DNA of 64,000 nucleotides. It comes from an uncultured delta proteobacterium. Lineage in GTDB: Bacteria > Desulfobacterota > Syntrophia > Syntrophales > Smithellaceae. This document shows positions 31,320 to 40,388 of this stretch, piece by piece. Position 1 is the first letter of the stretch. Every line of letters begins with the position of its first letter. The stretch covers positions 352,001 to 416,000 of the forward strand of contig CAVWEH010000005.1 of the NCBI GenBank assembly GCA_963753975.1. Direction: 5' to 3'. The notes beneath the pieces were generated by a model, which worked only from the letters and a program-made list of their open reading frames with translations, was not told the origin of the DNA and made no database searches. A program made the translations under genes and the position numbers.

Positions 31320-31809
31320 ATTACACCTCTTATGCCGACTGTCTTAAAAATGATAAAACGTTTTTAATTATATAACAATTACTATTTGTAATGTAGCATA
31401 TATTTAAAATTTTGAAAAACGAGGCTTATAGGAAGAAGCACTTGCTGACTACATCTACAAATGTTCAGTCTAAGCCAATTAAATACTTAATTGTTTTGCT
31501 GATATTATCATTTGAAAATTTATTCGCTGACTATAATTGAGATTAAAGCAATGTAATGAAGTCTAATTTCTTTGAAAAGGTATAATCAGGGGTAAATAAA
31601 TAAATTACATTTATATTATTATTGCTCGGCCGCTCTGTTCTTTTTCGTTTCATCATCTTTGTTCCATTGACGCATGTTTCTAGGTTCATTTTTACGACGT
31701 TCATAACCAATAACCGTCGAAACCCTACTCATTTATAGTTAACAATTTCCTCCACGCCTCCCACTGACTTTATTGAAAAATACTTTACTCCTTGAAGCCT
31801 TATTAATAG

Positions 31810-31861
31810 AAAAAGCCTCACGAGATGGCTTTATTTGCCATCTTCTTGTGAGACTTTTTTT
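31810..31861. terminator. Long hairpin with A/T tails, probable bidirectional terminator
   Basis: AAAAAGCCTCACGAGATGGC-tttattt-GCCATCTTCTTGTGAGACTTTTTTT. Confidence 0.6.
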
Positions 31862-31907
31862 GTGCTGTGTCTATTGGCGGCGATCTCGCCTTTAAGCTTG
31901 AAGGGTA

Positions 31908-32051
31908 TTACATTTGATGAAACTGAATGTGCATTGTCAAAACGACACAAATGCCGCTTTTGACTTTTCTCTCTTCGACTGCCGCTCGGACTAAAGAAGT
32001 TATATCGATCATCTCTGTCCGCGAATTCGTCCGAACATTGATTTCTTTCAT
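31908..32051 (-). pseudogene. Truncated 5' fragment of a second yjbQ (47 codons)
   Basis: Own translation MKEINVRTNSRTEMIDITSLVRAAVEERKVKSGICVVLTMH.. aligns with MQEIHLQTNSRIEMIDITASVQAVIDKEKISNGFCIVFTPH of the intact copy, then diverges and stops. Confidence 0.85.
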
Positions 32052-32069
32052 AATAATTTTACTGGAAAA

Positions 32070-32741
32070 CTAAGAAGATTCTTTGATTGCCTGATAAACA
32101 TCGACGATAATTTGTTGGGAAATAATCTTCAATGCTTGGCTCATTGCCTGGCAGTAGCCGCGGGGTGTTTGTTCGGTCAATAACTCTTCCCAGTGGTATT
32201 TTTTTTGAAAAATTATACGCTTATTCGCTTCCACCTGGTTAGAATTTTTCAATGTTATCTCCAAACTGATGACGGCAATCTTGCTGTTTTTTTCTATACG
32301 CAAGAAAAATTCTCCAATACCGCCCTCGAGAATAAAATCGGCGGCTTCCACGGTATAGCGGGAAAATACTGCATGAAAAAGCCCGCTTGCCTGCATATCT
32401 CGTAATAAATTGTCTGCTACCATGTCAGCAGGATTCACTGCCCAGCGATTGTAATTAAAAAAATCGAGAGAATATTTATCGGTCCGAAAAATCATATTTT
32501 GAGTATTATAGGCGGAAGCAATGGTGAAACGGTTAAGCTTTATTGTTTTATCAAGTTGAGTTTGTTTTTCCGAGGTCGGAGCCTGATAATCCAAGATATA
32601 ATATTCAATTTCATAGTCGGGCTTTCCGCCAATTGAGCATGCTTGAATTAAGAGAAAGAAAAAAATGAAACAAATAATTATTAGACTGTAGATTTTCTTC
32701 GGTGCCAGATATTTTCCCATTTTGTTTTCCGTAATAATCAT
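32070..32741 (-). CDS. ABC-type transport auxiliary lipoprotein (PqiC-like)
   Basis: Lipobox IQAC, YYIL and NRWA..PA; last gene of the MCE operon. Confidence 0.8.
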   Translation of the reverse strand: MIITENKMGKYLAPKKIYSLIIICFIFFFLLIQACSIGGKPDYEIEYYILDYQAPTSEKQTQLDKTIKLNRFTIASAYNTQNMIFRTDKYSLDFFNYNRWAVNPADMVADNLLRDMQASGLFHAVFSRYTVEAADFILEGGIGEFFLRIEKNSKIAVISLEITLKNSNQVEANKRIIFQKKYHWEELLTEQTPRGYCQAMSQALKIISQQIIVDVYQAIKESS

Positions 32742-33457
32742 TCCATAATTTTTTTAGGCGGCGCTGGCCGTTTAAAAAACAATTCCGATGGATTATCATT
32801 TATGCTTTCTGAAAATGCTTGCAGGTTTTCCATGGTTACACGAAGATTTTCCATAGATTTATCTATGTTCGCTGTTGTGGATTCCAGATTGGCCATAATA
32901 TTATCAGTATGCTTCCCCCCTAAAAAAGTTTCTACTGCCTTGGTAGTGTTCTTTAACTGCTCAGATAGTCCACCGAAGTCAACTGCTTTTAGGTGTTGCA
33001 TTATCTCGTTCGTATCCGCTAAAAATTGGCTGATTTCGGAACGACGCGAAGGAATGACAGGATAGTCAGGTTCAAAAGTAAGAGCGGGAGAGCTGGATTT
33101 TTCACCCGGTTTAACTTGATCTAATTCAATGAAAACAATTCCGGTAATGCCTGCTGTCCTCAATTGAGTCACCGTACGGCTTTGCAGGTCTTTCGCCAAA
33201 TTGACTTTCATAACTACTTCAATCAATCGGTCATCCGGCGCGACATTAATGCCTTTGACCTTGCCAACTTCCACACCGCGATATTTGACTGCGGAATCCG
33301 CCTGCAGCCCTTGAACCGATTCGTCAAAATATGTAACGTATGTGGAGCCTTTCATAAAAAAGTCGGCTGCGCCTACCCAGATAATGATAACTACGGCAAT
33401 CAGCGTACCGATAATTACAAAAAGACCGATCAAAAATTTGGAAGTTCTACTTGCCAT
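32738..33457 (-). CDS. MCE/MlaD family protein
   Basis: IGLFV TM, FDESVQGL...VKYRGVEVGKV and GITG..FIEL. Confidence 0.9.
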   Translation of the reverse strand: MASRTSKFLIGLFVIIGTLIAVVIIIWVGAADFFMKGSTYVTYFDESVQGLQADSAVKYRGVEVGKVKGINVAPDDRLIEVVMKVNLAKDLQSRTVTQLRTAGITGIVFIELDQVKPGEKSSSPALTFEPDYPVIPSRRSEISQFLADTNEIMQHLKAVDFGGLSEQLKNTTKAVETFLGGKHTDNIMANLESTTANIDKSMENLRVTMENLQAFSESINDNPSELFFKRPAPPKKIME

Positions 33458-34241
33458 ATGCTGCACTCCGGGAATCAACCTCAGGCAGTTGCCTTAAAAA
33501 AAAGCTGCGTACCCTCGGATCCGTAGCTTTTTCCTTCAAGTCCAGCGGTTTACCTTCGGCAATAATTCCTTTTGCTGTTTTATCCAACATTACTACTCTA
33601 TGGGCGATTTTGCAAATAGATTCTAATTCATGGGTAACAATAACCATTGTCGTTCCCAGCGCTTCATTAGTCTTAATAATTAAGTCATCCAATTCAACTG
33701 CCGTGACAGGATCAAGCCCGGCGGACAGTTCATCAAAAAAAAGCACGATAGGATCAAGAGCCATAGCCCGGGCTATGCCTGCTCTTTTTTTCATTCCGCC
33801 GGATAACTCTGATGGAAAATGATTTTCATACCCGGCCAGATTGACCATACCTAATTTCATTTTGATAATCATATTTATCGTCGCGGAATCAAGGTCGGTA
33901 TATTCCTGCAGAGGCAGGGCGATGTTGTCACTCAATCTCATCGAACTGAATAAAGCGCTGGATTGAAAAAGAACCCCGATATTTTGCCGGTATTCGTTTA
34001 ACTCATCTTCACTCGCGGAAATAATATCTTTGCCGCGAAACATAACTCTGCCTGAGGAAGGCTTTTGCAGTCCAATCATAATTCTTAAAAGTGTCGATTT
34101 GCCGCAACCGCTTTCACCGACAACAACCAATATTTCGCCCTTTTTTACTTGAAAACTTACTCCTTCAAATACAATATTACTGCCAAAGCGGGCGGCTAGA
34201 TTTTCCACAACGAGTATTGGTTTATTGTCCGGCGACTGCAA
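33447..34241 (-). CDS. MlaF/Mkl-type ABC ATPase
   Basis: Motifs GESGCGKST, ELSGGMKKRAGIARA and DE.SAGLDP. Confidence 0.9.
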   Translation of the reverse strand: MQSPDNKPILVVENLAARFGSNIVFEGVSFQVKKGEILVVVGESGCGKSTLLRIMIGLQKPSSGRVMFRGKDIISASEDELNEYRQNIGVLFQSSALFSSMRLSDNIALPLQEYTDLDSATINMIIKMKLGMVNLAGYENHFPSELSGGMKKRAGIARAMALDPIVLFFDELSAGLDPVTAVELDDLIIKTNEALGTTMVIVTHELESICKIAHRVVMLDKTAKGIIAEGKPLDLKEKATDPRVRSFFLRQLPEVDSRSAAYGK

Positions 34242-34252
34242 AAATTATTCCT

Positions 34253-35398
34253 TCATTTTATGTAATATAATGTAACCGCGAAAATTGAATCCGCCACAAC
34301 GATAAGAAAAATTGCGGAAACGACCGCGGAAGTGGTAAATTTCCCCACGTCCTGTGCCCCGGCGCGAACCTGAAATCCTCTTTGACAGCCAATCCCGGCG
34401 ATAAGTCCGGCAAAAACAGCGGCTTTAACCAGACTGGTTACTATATCAAACACTTTAATGGTTTTTATGGATTGCGTGAGATACGTATTTGCTGTGAGAT
34501 CCAGGCCGGTTACACCGACAATCAAACCGCCGAAAACACCGAAAAAATCAGCATAGATTGTTAAAATGGGAACTACTATTACCATCGCAAAAACCTTGGG
34601 TATAGTCAACAAGCGAACGGCATCAAAGCCCATAGTGTTTAGAGCATCAACTTCTTCGTTGACCACCATGGTGCCGATTTCCGCGGCAAAGGCCGATCCG
34701 GAGCGGCCGGCAACCAAGATGGCCGTCATAATAGGGCCAAGTTCCTTGACCATTGCAAAACTAACAAGGGAAGGAACATAAATATTGGCGCCGACTTGTT
34801 TTAGCTGTAAAAAGGACATAAAGGCAATAATAAGCCCGATCAACACGCTGATTAGTCCGACAATCGGCAAACCATCTACTCCGGCGCGTTTCATGTAAAA
34901 AAGAACATCTTTGATTCTCAAGGACTGCGGATGAATAATAGTATAAAAAATGTCGAATAATAGTTCACCGACAAACGTTACAACGTTCTCAATATCACGG
35001 ACAAAATGCAAAAATGATTCTCCGACCTGGATCAAAAAGAGGTCTTGTCGCGTTTTAGCTTTAAAAGGAGTTTTAGTCAGGGCCTGTTCATGAATAACGC
35101 TGAAAATTCCTTTTGCTTCTTTATTCAAATTAATCAAAGAGCAATTAATATGGACAACGGCCGTATCCTTTTGGATTTGAATAATGCCTAAAGCCGCGGC
35201 ACTATCCAAATACGATATGCCGGAAAAGTCTATGCTGATTTCTTGGGGTTTTTGCGTATAGATCAGTTGCTTGATTTCTTCAGTAAAGGCCTTTAAATTT
35301 TTTAGCCCGAAGTCTCCTGCGAGATAAATAATAAGGATCGAGTTCTTTTTTTCGGACGATATCTTGTAAAGCTTTGACCAATCCTGTTCGCTTTGCAT
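34253..35398 (-). CDS. MlaE-family permease with N-terminal STAS (MlaB-like) domain
   Basis: STAS motif YLDSA, then ELGPIMTAILVAGRSGSAFAAEIGTM..EEVDAL; start approximate. Confidence 0.9.
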   Translation of the reverse strand: MQSEQDWSKLYKISSEKKNSILIIYLAGDFGLKNLKAFTEEIKQLIYTQKPQEISIDFSGISYLDSAAALGIIQIQKDTAVVHINCSLINLNKEAKGIFSVIHEQALTKTPFKAKTRQDLFLIQVGESFLHFVRDIENVVTFVGELLFDIFYTIIHPQSLRIKDVLFYMKRAGVDGLPIVGLISVLIGLIIAFMSFLQLKQVGANIYVPSLVSFAMVKELGPIMTAILVAGRSGSAFAAEIGTMVVNEEVDALNTMGFDAVRLLTIPKVFAMVIVVPILTIYADFFGVFGGLIVGVTGLDLTANTYLTQSIKTIKVFDIVTSLVKAAVFAGLIAGIGCQRGFQVRAGAQDVGKFTTSAVVSAIFLIVVADSIFAVTLYYIK

Positions 35399-35449
35399 AA
35401 ACATCAATTTGAGGGTTAAGTGGAAAAGATATTTTTTAAAGACAAATAT

Positions 35450-35564
35450 TGAAGTTCTCTGCGGCAACCCGCTGAGAATCTCCGATTCTTAAGGAAAAAT
35501 AGATTCAATATTCGCTCGCTAACCCCGTGGCAAGCCACGGGGCCTGCGCTCGCTGCCGAATTCA
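35450..35564. mobile_element. MITE-like element with a 6-bp target-site duplication
   Basis: TGAA...TTCA ends flanked on both sides by AAATAT. Internal hairpin CCCCGTGGCAAGCCACGGGG, a degenerate copy of it, and a repeated CGCTCGCT. Confidence 0.7.
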
Positions 35565-35784
35565 AAATATTTAATGCTAATTAACGCTTTCACCGCAATT
35601 TTGTCAATGCTAAATTGAGCTGTGCCGTCTGCAATATGTTTCACATTTCGTTCAACGGTTTTTAATATTTCATTGAAAGAAAGTGGGGAAAGGCGAAGAT
35701 TACTGCAAGACAGCTAGGAGAAACAATTGATAATTGGCATGTATTATCATCTATTTACAATTATTGAGAGGAATTATTGATATT

Positions 35785-35801
35785 TTGGCATGATCCTTCC
35801 A
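35785..35801 (+). promoter_or_regulatory. Putative sigma-54 (-24/-12) promoter
   Basis: TTGGCATGATCCTTCCA matches TGGCAY-N5-TTGC with one mismatch, about 40 nt before the ATG. Confidence 0.5.
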
Positions 35802-35842
35802 TTAATATAAAGGCAATTAAACTCAAAGGGAGGTAACAGATC

Positions 35843-36118
35843 ATGAAAAAGACATTAGGAACAATGATGGTAGCGGCAGTGGTTGTCCTTTTAACCGCAA
35901 CTTTCTCTTTTGCCGAATACGCGGCAGGTGAAACGGGTGCTTTCCCCTATTTCCAGCTGGGCTGCTTAATCGTCGGCGGTTTGATTGTGGTTTCTTTAAA
36001 ACGCAAATATGACAAGATGTATACTACGGAAGCAGTCGGTGTCTTCGCTCTTTATACCATCTTGATGGCGCTGTTCACCAATCCGGTGATCGAAGCAGTG
36101 AAGACCATCGTCAGCTAA
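35843..36118 (+). CDS. Small membrane protein of unknown function
   Basis: Strong GGAGG RBS; signal-like N-terminus plus two hydrophobic segments. Confidence 0.75.
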   Translation: MKKTLGTMMVAAVVVLLTATFSFAEYAAGETGAFPYFQLGCLIVGGLIVVSLKRKYDKMYTTEAVGVFALYTILMALFTNPVIEAVKTIVS

Positions 36119-36185
36119 GAGGAAAAAAGTATCGGTATCGGGCTACTCAATGAAGGTAGCCCGGCCAGGGAAGGAGGAACGGATA

Positions 36186-36425
36186 ATGCAGGCAGCGCAC
36201 AAAACACAATGGGAGCAATACATGGGTTTCGGTTCGATTTTGATGCTTTCGGCCTGGGGATTCGCGATGGTGATTGCTTCTTTCCTGTTCCTCTACATTG
36301 GACATTTACTGGACGGTATTTTCGGCACTGCGCCTAACTTCATGCTGGGTCTCTTCTTCCTCGCTATTTTCCTCAGTGTAATGAGGCTCTATCAGGAAGC
36401 CTGGAAAAAAAGAAAAGATGTTTAG
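36186..36425 (+). CDS. AtpZ/AtpI-like (ATPase_gene1 family) two-TM protein
   Basis: IG..LD..FGT.P.F.L motif between two TM helices; AGGAGG RBS. Confidence 0.7.
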   Translation: MQAAHKTQWEQYMGFGSILMLSAWGFAMVIASFLFLYIGHLLDGIFGTAPNFMLGLFFLAIFLSVMRLYQEAWKKRKDV

Positions 36426-36465
36426 CCTTCAATACTAACATTAAATCATGATCTGCTAATATATA

Positions 36466-36501
36466 CCCCCCCTTAAGACCAAGGCCTTAAGGGGGTTTTT
36501 T
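36466..36501 (+). terminator. Rho-independent terminator
   Basis: CCCCCTTAAGACC-aa-GGCCTTAAGGGGG-TTTTTT. Confidence 0.8.
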
Positions 36502-36718
36502 ATGATTTTTTTCAATTCTTTCGTGGACAAAAAATCCGGAAAATCTCTGTGGACAAATCAAAAATAACACATATAATAATCGAGATTATTTTATTAAAGT
36601 CGAATAATTAGGCAGTAGAAAAAATAAGTATCTTTACCCAAGGAATTGAATTTTTCACGACAAAATTACTGTAGATGTTGCTAGAAAAAACGGCAATTAA
36701 AAAATAGGAGAATGGGGG

Positions 36719-37057
36719 ATGAAGATTAAACAAAATATTTTTTTAGCATTTCTTATTATCGCGGCTGTATTTTTAATTGTGGGATGTGCGGATAGGTCGA
36801 AAGAATTGCTGGCTGAGGATTTTAAGAAAATGGGGAATGAGGATCTCCTTCGCTACTTTTATCGCCTGAACGATGAAATCGAAAGCCAGGAGAAACAATC
36901 GGGACCACAAGTCGGTATCGGATTCGGCAGTTTTGGAGGCGGAGTTGGCAGCGGTGTCGGCGTCGCTACCGGGGGCACCGGATACACAGCCGAAGACTTA
37001 AGGGCACGCCGAATCGATGTCCGGCTAGAGTTAAAAAGACGGGGATTGAATCCATAA
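36719..37057 (+). CDS. Hypothetical lipoprotein with a Gly-rich segment
   Basis: Lipobox IVGC; GIGFGSFGGGVGSGVGV. Confidence 0.7.
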   Translation: MKIKQNIFLAFLIIAAVFLIVGCADRSKELLAEDFKKMGNEDLLRYFYRLNDEIESQEKQSGPQVGIGFGSFGGGVGSGVGVATGGTGYTAEDLRARRIDVRLELKRRGLNP

Positions 37058-37194
37058 ATTAGCGAAACGCTTTGTCTCCTTCATTTCGTTAATTTCCCTG
37101 CCTCTAAAATCGATCCGAAAAATAGCCTTTACAGAATCGTTTTCTGTGAGGATCTGTTATTGCGTTTATCTAACTGTATCCGGAGGATAGATTT

Positions 37195-38511
37195 TTGAAA
37201 GAAGCGAACAAAAGTGGAAAGCCAAGAGTCGTTGTTATCGGTGCTGGATTCGGCGGATTATGGGCAGCCCGCACTCTGGCGCAGGGAAACGTTGATGTCC
37301 TTGTTATCGATAGAAACAACTATCACACTTTTCTTGCCCTTCTGTATCAGGTAGCCGCCGCCGAATTGGAGGCGGAGGATATTGCCTATCCCGTCCGCAG
37401 TATCTTCTGGAAACATTCCAATATAGATTTTATTTTAGCTTACGCCCGTCGTATTGATTTGCAAAATCGCTTAATCATTACCGATGGAGAGTCCATTTCT
37501 TACGATTATCTGATTTTGGCGACAGGAAGCATCAGCTACTCTTTCAATCTGCCGGGAGTGGCAGAAAATGCTTTTTGTCTAAAGACACTGGAAGAAGCCG
37601 TTGCCTTAAAAAATCATATAATTTGCTGTTTTGAGGCTGCCACGCGGGAGGAAGACAAGGCCCAACGCGAAAGCCTGCTTACATTTGTCATTGTCGGCGG
37701 CGGAGCCACGGGAGTGGAATACGCCGGAGCGCTTTCCGAACTAATTCACGGCCCTCTGGTTAAAGACTACCGGGGAGTCAATTTTCAATCCGTCCGGATT
37801 ATTCTTCTAGAGGCGGCAGACGGATTGGTCGCTAATATGCCTCTATCCGTGCGCACCTATACATTGGAGAAGCTCCAGAAGATGGGTGTTGAGGTGCACT
37901 TGGAAGCAAAGGTCAGGGAAGTAACACCGGACACGGTTCTTCTGAACGGTCAGAATAATATTGCGGCCCAAACAGTCGTCTGGACCGCAGGTGTGAGAGG
38001 AGAACCTCTGGCTGAACTATCTTGTGTTTCCACAGGACGTGACGGACGGGTCCCCGTTCGGGATACTTTGCAGGTGCCGGAGCACCCGGAAATTTACGTA
38101 ATTGGTGACTTGGCTTCCATCAAGGAAAATAGTCAAATTTTACCGATGGTTGCACAGGTGGCTATCCAATCCGGAGTTAGCGCCGCGCAAAATATTCTAC
38201 GGCAAATCGCCGGACAAACTCCTCAGCCTTTTCGTTACCGCGACCGCGGCTCAATGATCACCATTGGCCGCAAATCGGCCGGAGTGGCCATTAGTAGAAG
38301 AACTTACACCGGGTTTTTCGCTTGGCTTCTCTGGCTCGTTATTCATCTTTTCAACCTTATCGGGTTTCGCAACCGGATGATGGTGCTTATCAATTGGGCG
38401 TGGGATTATCTGCTCTATGAAAGAGCCGTTCGCTTCGTCTTCCCCTCGGAAATGCCCGGCCTTTCCAAATCATCTTCGTGTTTCCGCAATAATGGAAAAG
38501 CGATAACTTAA
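37195..38511 (+). CDS. ndh: Type II NADH dehydrogenase (NDH-2)
   Basis: Motifs VVIGAGFGG, LLYQVA, VGGGATGVEYAG, WTAGV, AQVAIQ and F.Y.DRGSM. Confidence 0.9.
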   Translation: MKEANKSGKPRVVVIGAGFGGLWAARTLAQGNVDVLVIDRNNYHTFLALLYQVAAAELEAEDIAYPVRSIFWKHSNIDFILAYARRIDLQNRLIITDGESISYDYLILATGSISYSFNLPGVAENAFCLKTLEEAVALKNHIICCFEAATREEDKAQRESLLTFVIVGGGATGVEYAGALSELIHGPLVKDYRGVNFQSVRIILLEAADGLVANMPLSVRTYTLEKLQKMGVEVHLEAKVREVTPDTVLLNGQNNIAAQTVVWTAGVRGEPLAELSCVSTGRDGRVPVRDTLQVPEHPEIYVIGDLASIKENSQILPMVAQVAIQSGVSAAQNILRQIAGQTPQPFRYRDRGSMITIGRKSAGVAISRRTYTGFFAWLLWLVIHLFNLIGFRNRMMVLINWAWDYLLYERAVRFVFPSEMPGLSKSSSCFRNNGKAIT

Positions 38512-38558
38512 ACCTATGAAAAGAAAGAGCGCTTCACGAAGCCCTCTCTATTGTTTCC

Positions 38559-38635
38559 TGGCGCGCCCAGGAGGATTCGAACCTCCGACATCCAGATTCG
38601 TAGTCTGGCGCTCTATCCAGCTGAGCCATGGGCGC
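38559..38635 (-). tRNA. tRNA-Arg(ACG)
   Basis: Cloverleaf GCGCCCAUGGCUCAG..., anticodon loop CUACGAA, GGUUCGAAUCC and encoded CCA. Confidence 0.96.
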
Positions 38636-38724
38636 GAGATATATTATAAATTTTTCCGGCAGTCATATAACACATGACTACCGCTCCGGCAATCTCTGCC
38701 GCGGGAAATAGAATTAAATTAAAC

Positions 38725-38819
38725 TGGCGGAGAGAGCGGGATTTGAACCCGCGGTACACCTTTTACGGGCGTACAATCGCTTAGCAGGCGATCGCTTTCG
38801 GCCACTCAGCCATCTCTCC
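38725..38819 (-). tRNA. tRNA-Ser(GCT)
   Basis: GGAGAGAUGGCUGAGUGG, anticodon loop CUGCUAA, long variable arm and CCA. Confidence 0.96.
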
Positions 38820-38886
38820 GCTTTTTATTCAGCCGATATTTAAAAATAAGGCGTCAGTTGAAGCTGTGACGCATTTTACAATTTAC

Positions 38887-38972
38887 TGGCGGAGGGAGCA
38901 GGATTCGAACCCGCGAACCTTTCGGTCAACGGTTTTCAAGACCGCCGCCTTCGACCTCTCGGCCATCCCTCC
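38887..38972 (-). tRNA. tRNA-Ser(TGA)
   Basis: GGAGGGAUGGCCGAG, anticodon loop CUUGAAA, variable arm and CCA. Confidence 0.96.
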
Positions 38973-39013
38973 ATGCAAAATAGTTTTTTTGTATCTACTT
39001 ATATATATTATTG

Positions 39014-40288
39014 TTATGGTGCGATTCTGTTAGCACCCTTCATATAAGACTGCAGCGCTTGCGGAATCAAAACAGAACCGTCAGCCTGTTGATAATTCTC
39101 CAAAATGGCCACCACAGTTCTACCTACGGCCAGACCAGAACCATTTAACGTGTGAACAAATTCCACCTTACCGCTTTTTTCCCGGCGAAAACGGATTGAG
39201 GCCCGGCGCGCCTGAAAATCTTCAAAGTTACTGCAGGATGAAATTTCACGATACACATTTTGCCCCGGCATCCAGGCTTCTACATCGTAAGTCTTAGCGG
39301 AAGAAAACCCCAAATCTGCAGTGCAAAGAGTTACCGTACGATGATGGATACCCAACCTCTTGAGCACTTCTTCCGCATTGGCGGTTAATTTTTCCAGTTC
39401 ATCATAAGATGTTTCGGGCTTAGTGAACTTGACCATTTCCACCTTGTTAAACTGATGCTGGCGAATCAAGCCCCGCGTATCCTTGCCGTAAGAGCCCGCT
39501 TCCGACCGAAAGCATGGGGAATAGGCTACATAATAAATCGGTAGTTTGTTTTCCTCCAATATTTCATCGCGGAAAATGTTTGTCACGGGAACTTCGGCAG
39601 TCGGAATCAAAAAATAATCCATTCCTTCAATCTTAAAAAGATCTTCGGCAAATTTCGGCAATTGGCCGGTGCCGGTCATACTTTCCCGGTTAACCATGAA
39701 TGGCGTCAGCACTTCGGTATAACTGTGTTCGCCTGTATGCAAATCGAGCATGAAGTTGATCAATGCCCGCTCCAGCGTGGCGGCTAATCCTCGATATAAT
39801 GTGAAACGCGCTCCGGCTATTTTTGCGCCGCGGGCAAAATCAAGAATATTCAAGCTCTCCCCGATATCCCAGTGAGCTTTCGGCTCAAAAGCAAAAGACG
39901 GCTTTTTCCCCCAACTGCGCAGGATGGGATTATCGTCCGGGCCCCCACCGATGGGCACTGATTCATGTTGAATATTGGGAATGATCAACACAAAGTTATT
40001 AAGTTCTTCTTCGGTAATTTTTAAGTTCTCATCAAGCTCTTTGATTTTAGCCGAAACTTCACTCATCTTGGCAATCAATGCTGACGCATCGGCTTTCTTT
40101 TTCTTGAGTTCGCCGATTTTTTTGGAAGCGTCATTGCGCTCGTTGCGCAGTGTTTCTACTGCCAGTAAAATATCCCTTCTTTTTGTGTCCAGACGTAAGA
40201 AGCGGCCAAAATCAATTGACTGGCCTCTCTCCTTCATCTTCTGACTCACGAACTCGATGTTTTGCCTTAAGCACTTAATATCCAACAT
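39014..40288 (-). CDS. serS: Seryl-tRNA synthetase
   Basis: Motifs [31 protein letters not shown] and [10 protein letters not shown]. Confidence 0.98.
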   Translation of the reverse strand: MLDIKCLRQNIEFVSQKMKERGQSIDFGRFLRLDTKRRDILLAVETLRNERNDASKKIGELKKKKADASALIAKMSEVSAKIKELDENLKITEEELNNFVLIIPNIQHESVPIGGGPDDNPILRSWGKKPSFAFEPKAHWDIGESLNILDFARGAKIAGARFTLYRGLAATLERALINFMLDLHTGEHSYTEVLTPFMVNRESMTGTGQLPKFAEDLFKIEGMDYFLIPTAEVPVTNIFRDEILEENKLPIYYVAYSPCFRSEAGSYGKDTRGLIRQHQFNKVEMVKFTKPETSYDELEKLTANAEEVLKRLGIHHRTVTLCTADLGFSSAKTYDVEAWMPGQNVYREISSCSNFEDFQARRASIRFRREKSGKVEFVHTLNGSGLAVGRTVVAILENYQQADGSVLIPQALQSYMKGANRIAP

Positions 40289-40388
40289 AATATTCCCTAC
40301 AAATAAAAGCGGTGACGCTCGTCCAAAAGACGAAGACCACTATCACTTTGAGCTTATGAAGTCAATAATTTTGTCCACTAAATCAATA

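Noticed and set aside
31620..31910. Riboswitch or ANTAR-type leader and a short ORF upstream of the REC-Cys gene
   Set aside because: Only one ANTAR-like hairpin (CTT-AAAGGC-GAG) and a terminator-like stem are present. I recognise no aptamer consensus, and the 37-aa ORF has no supporting features.
38559..38972. tRNA cluster as an island integration site
   Set aside because: No duplicated tRNA 3' end and no integrase were seen.
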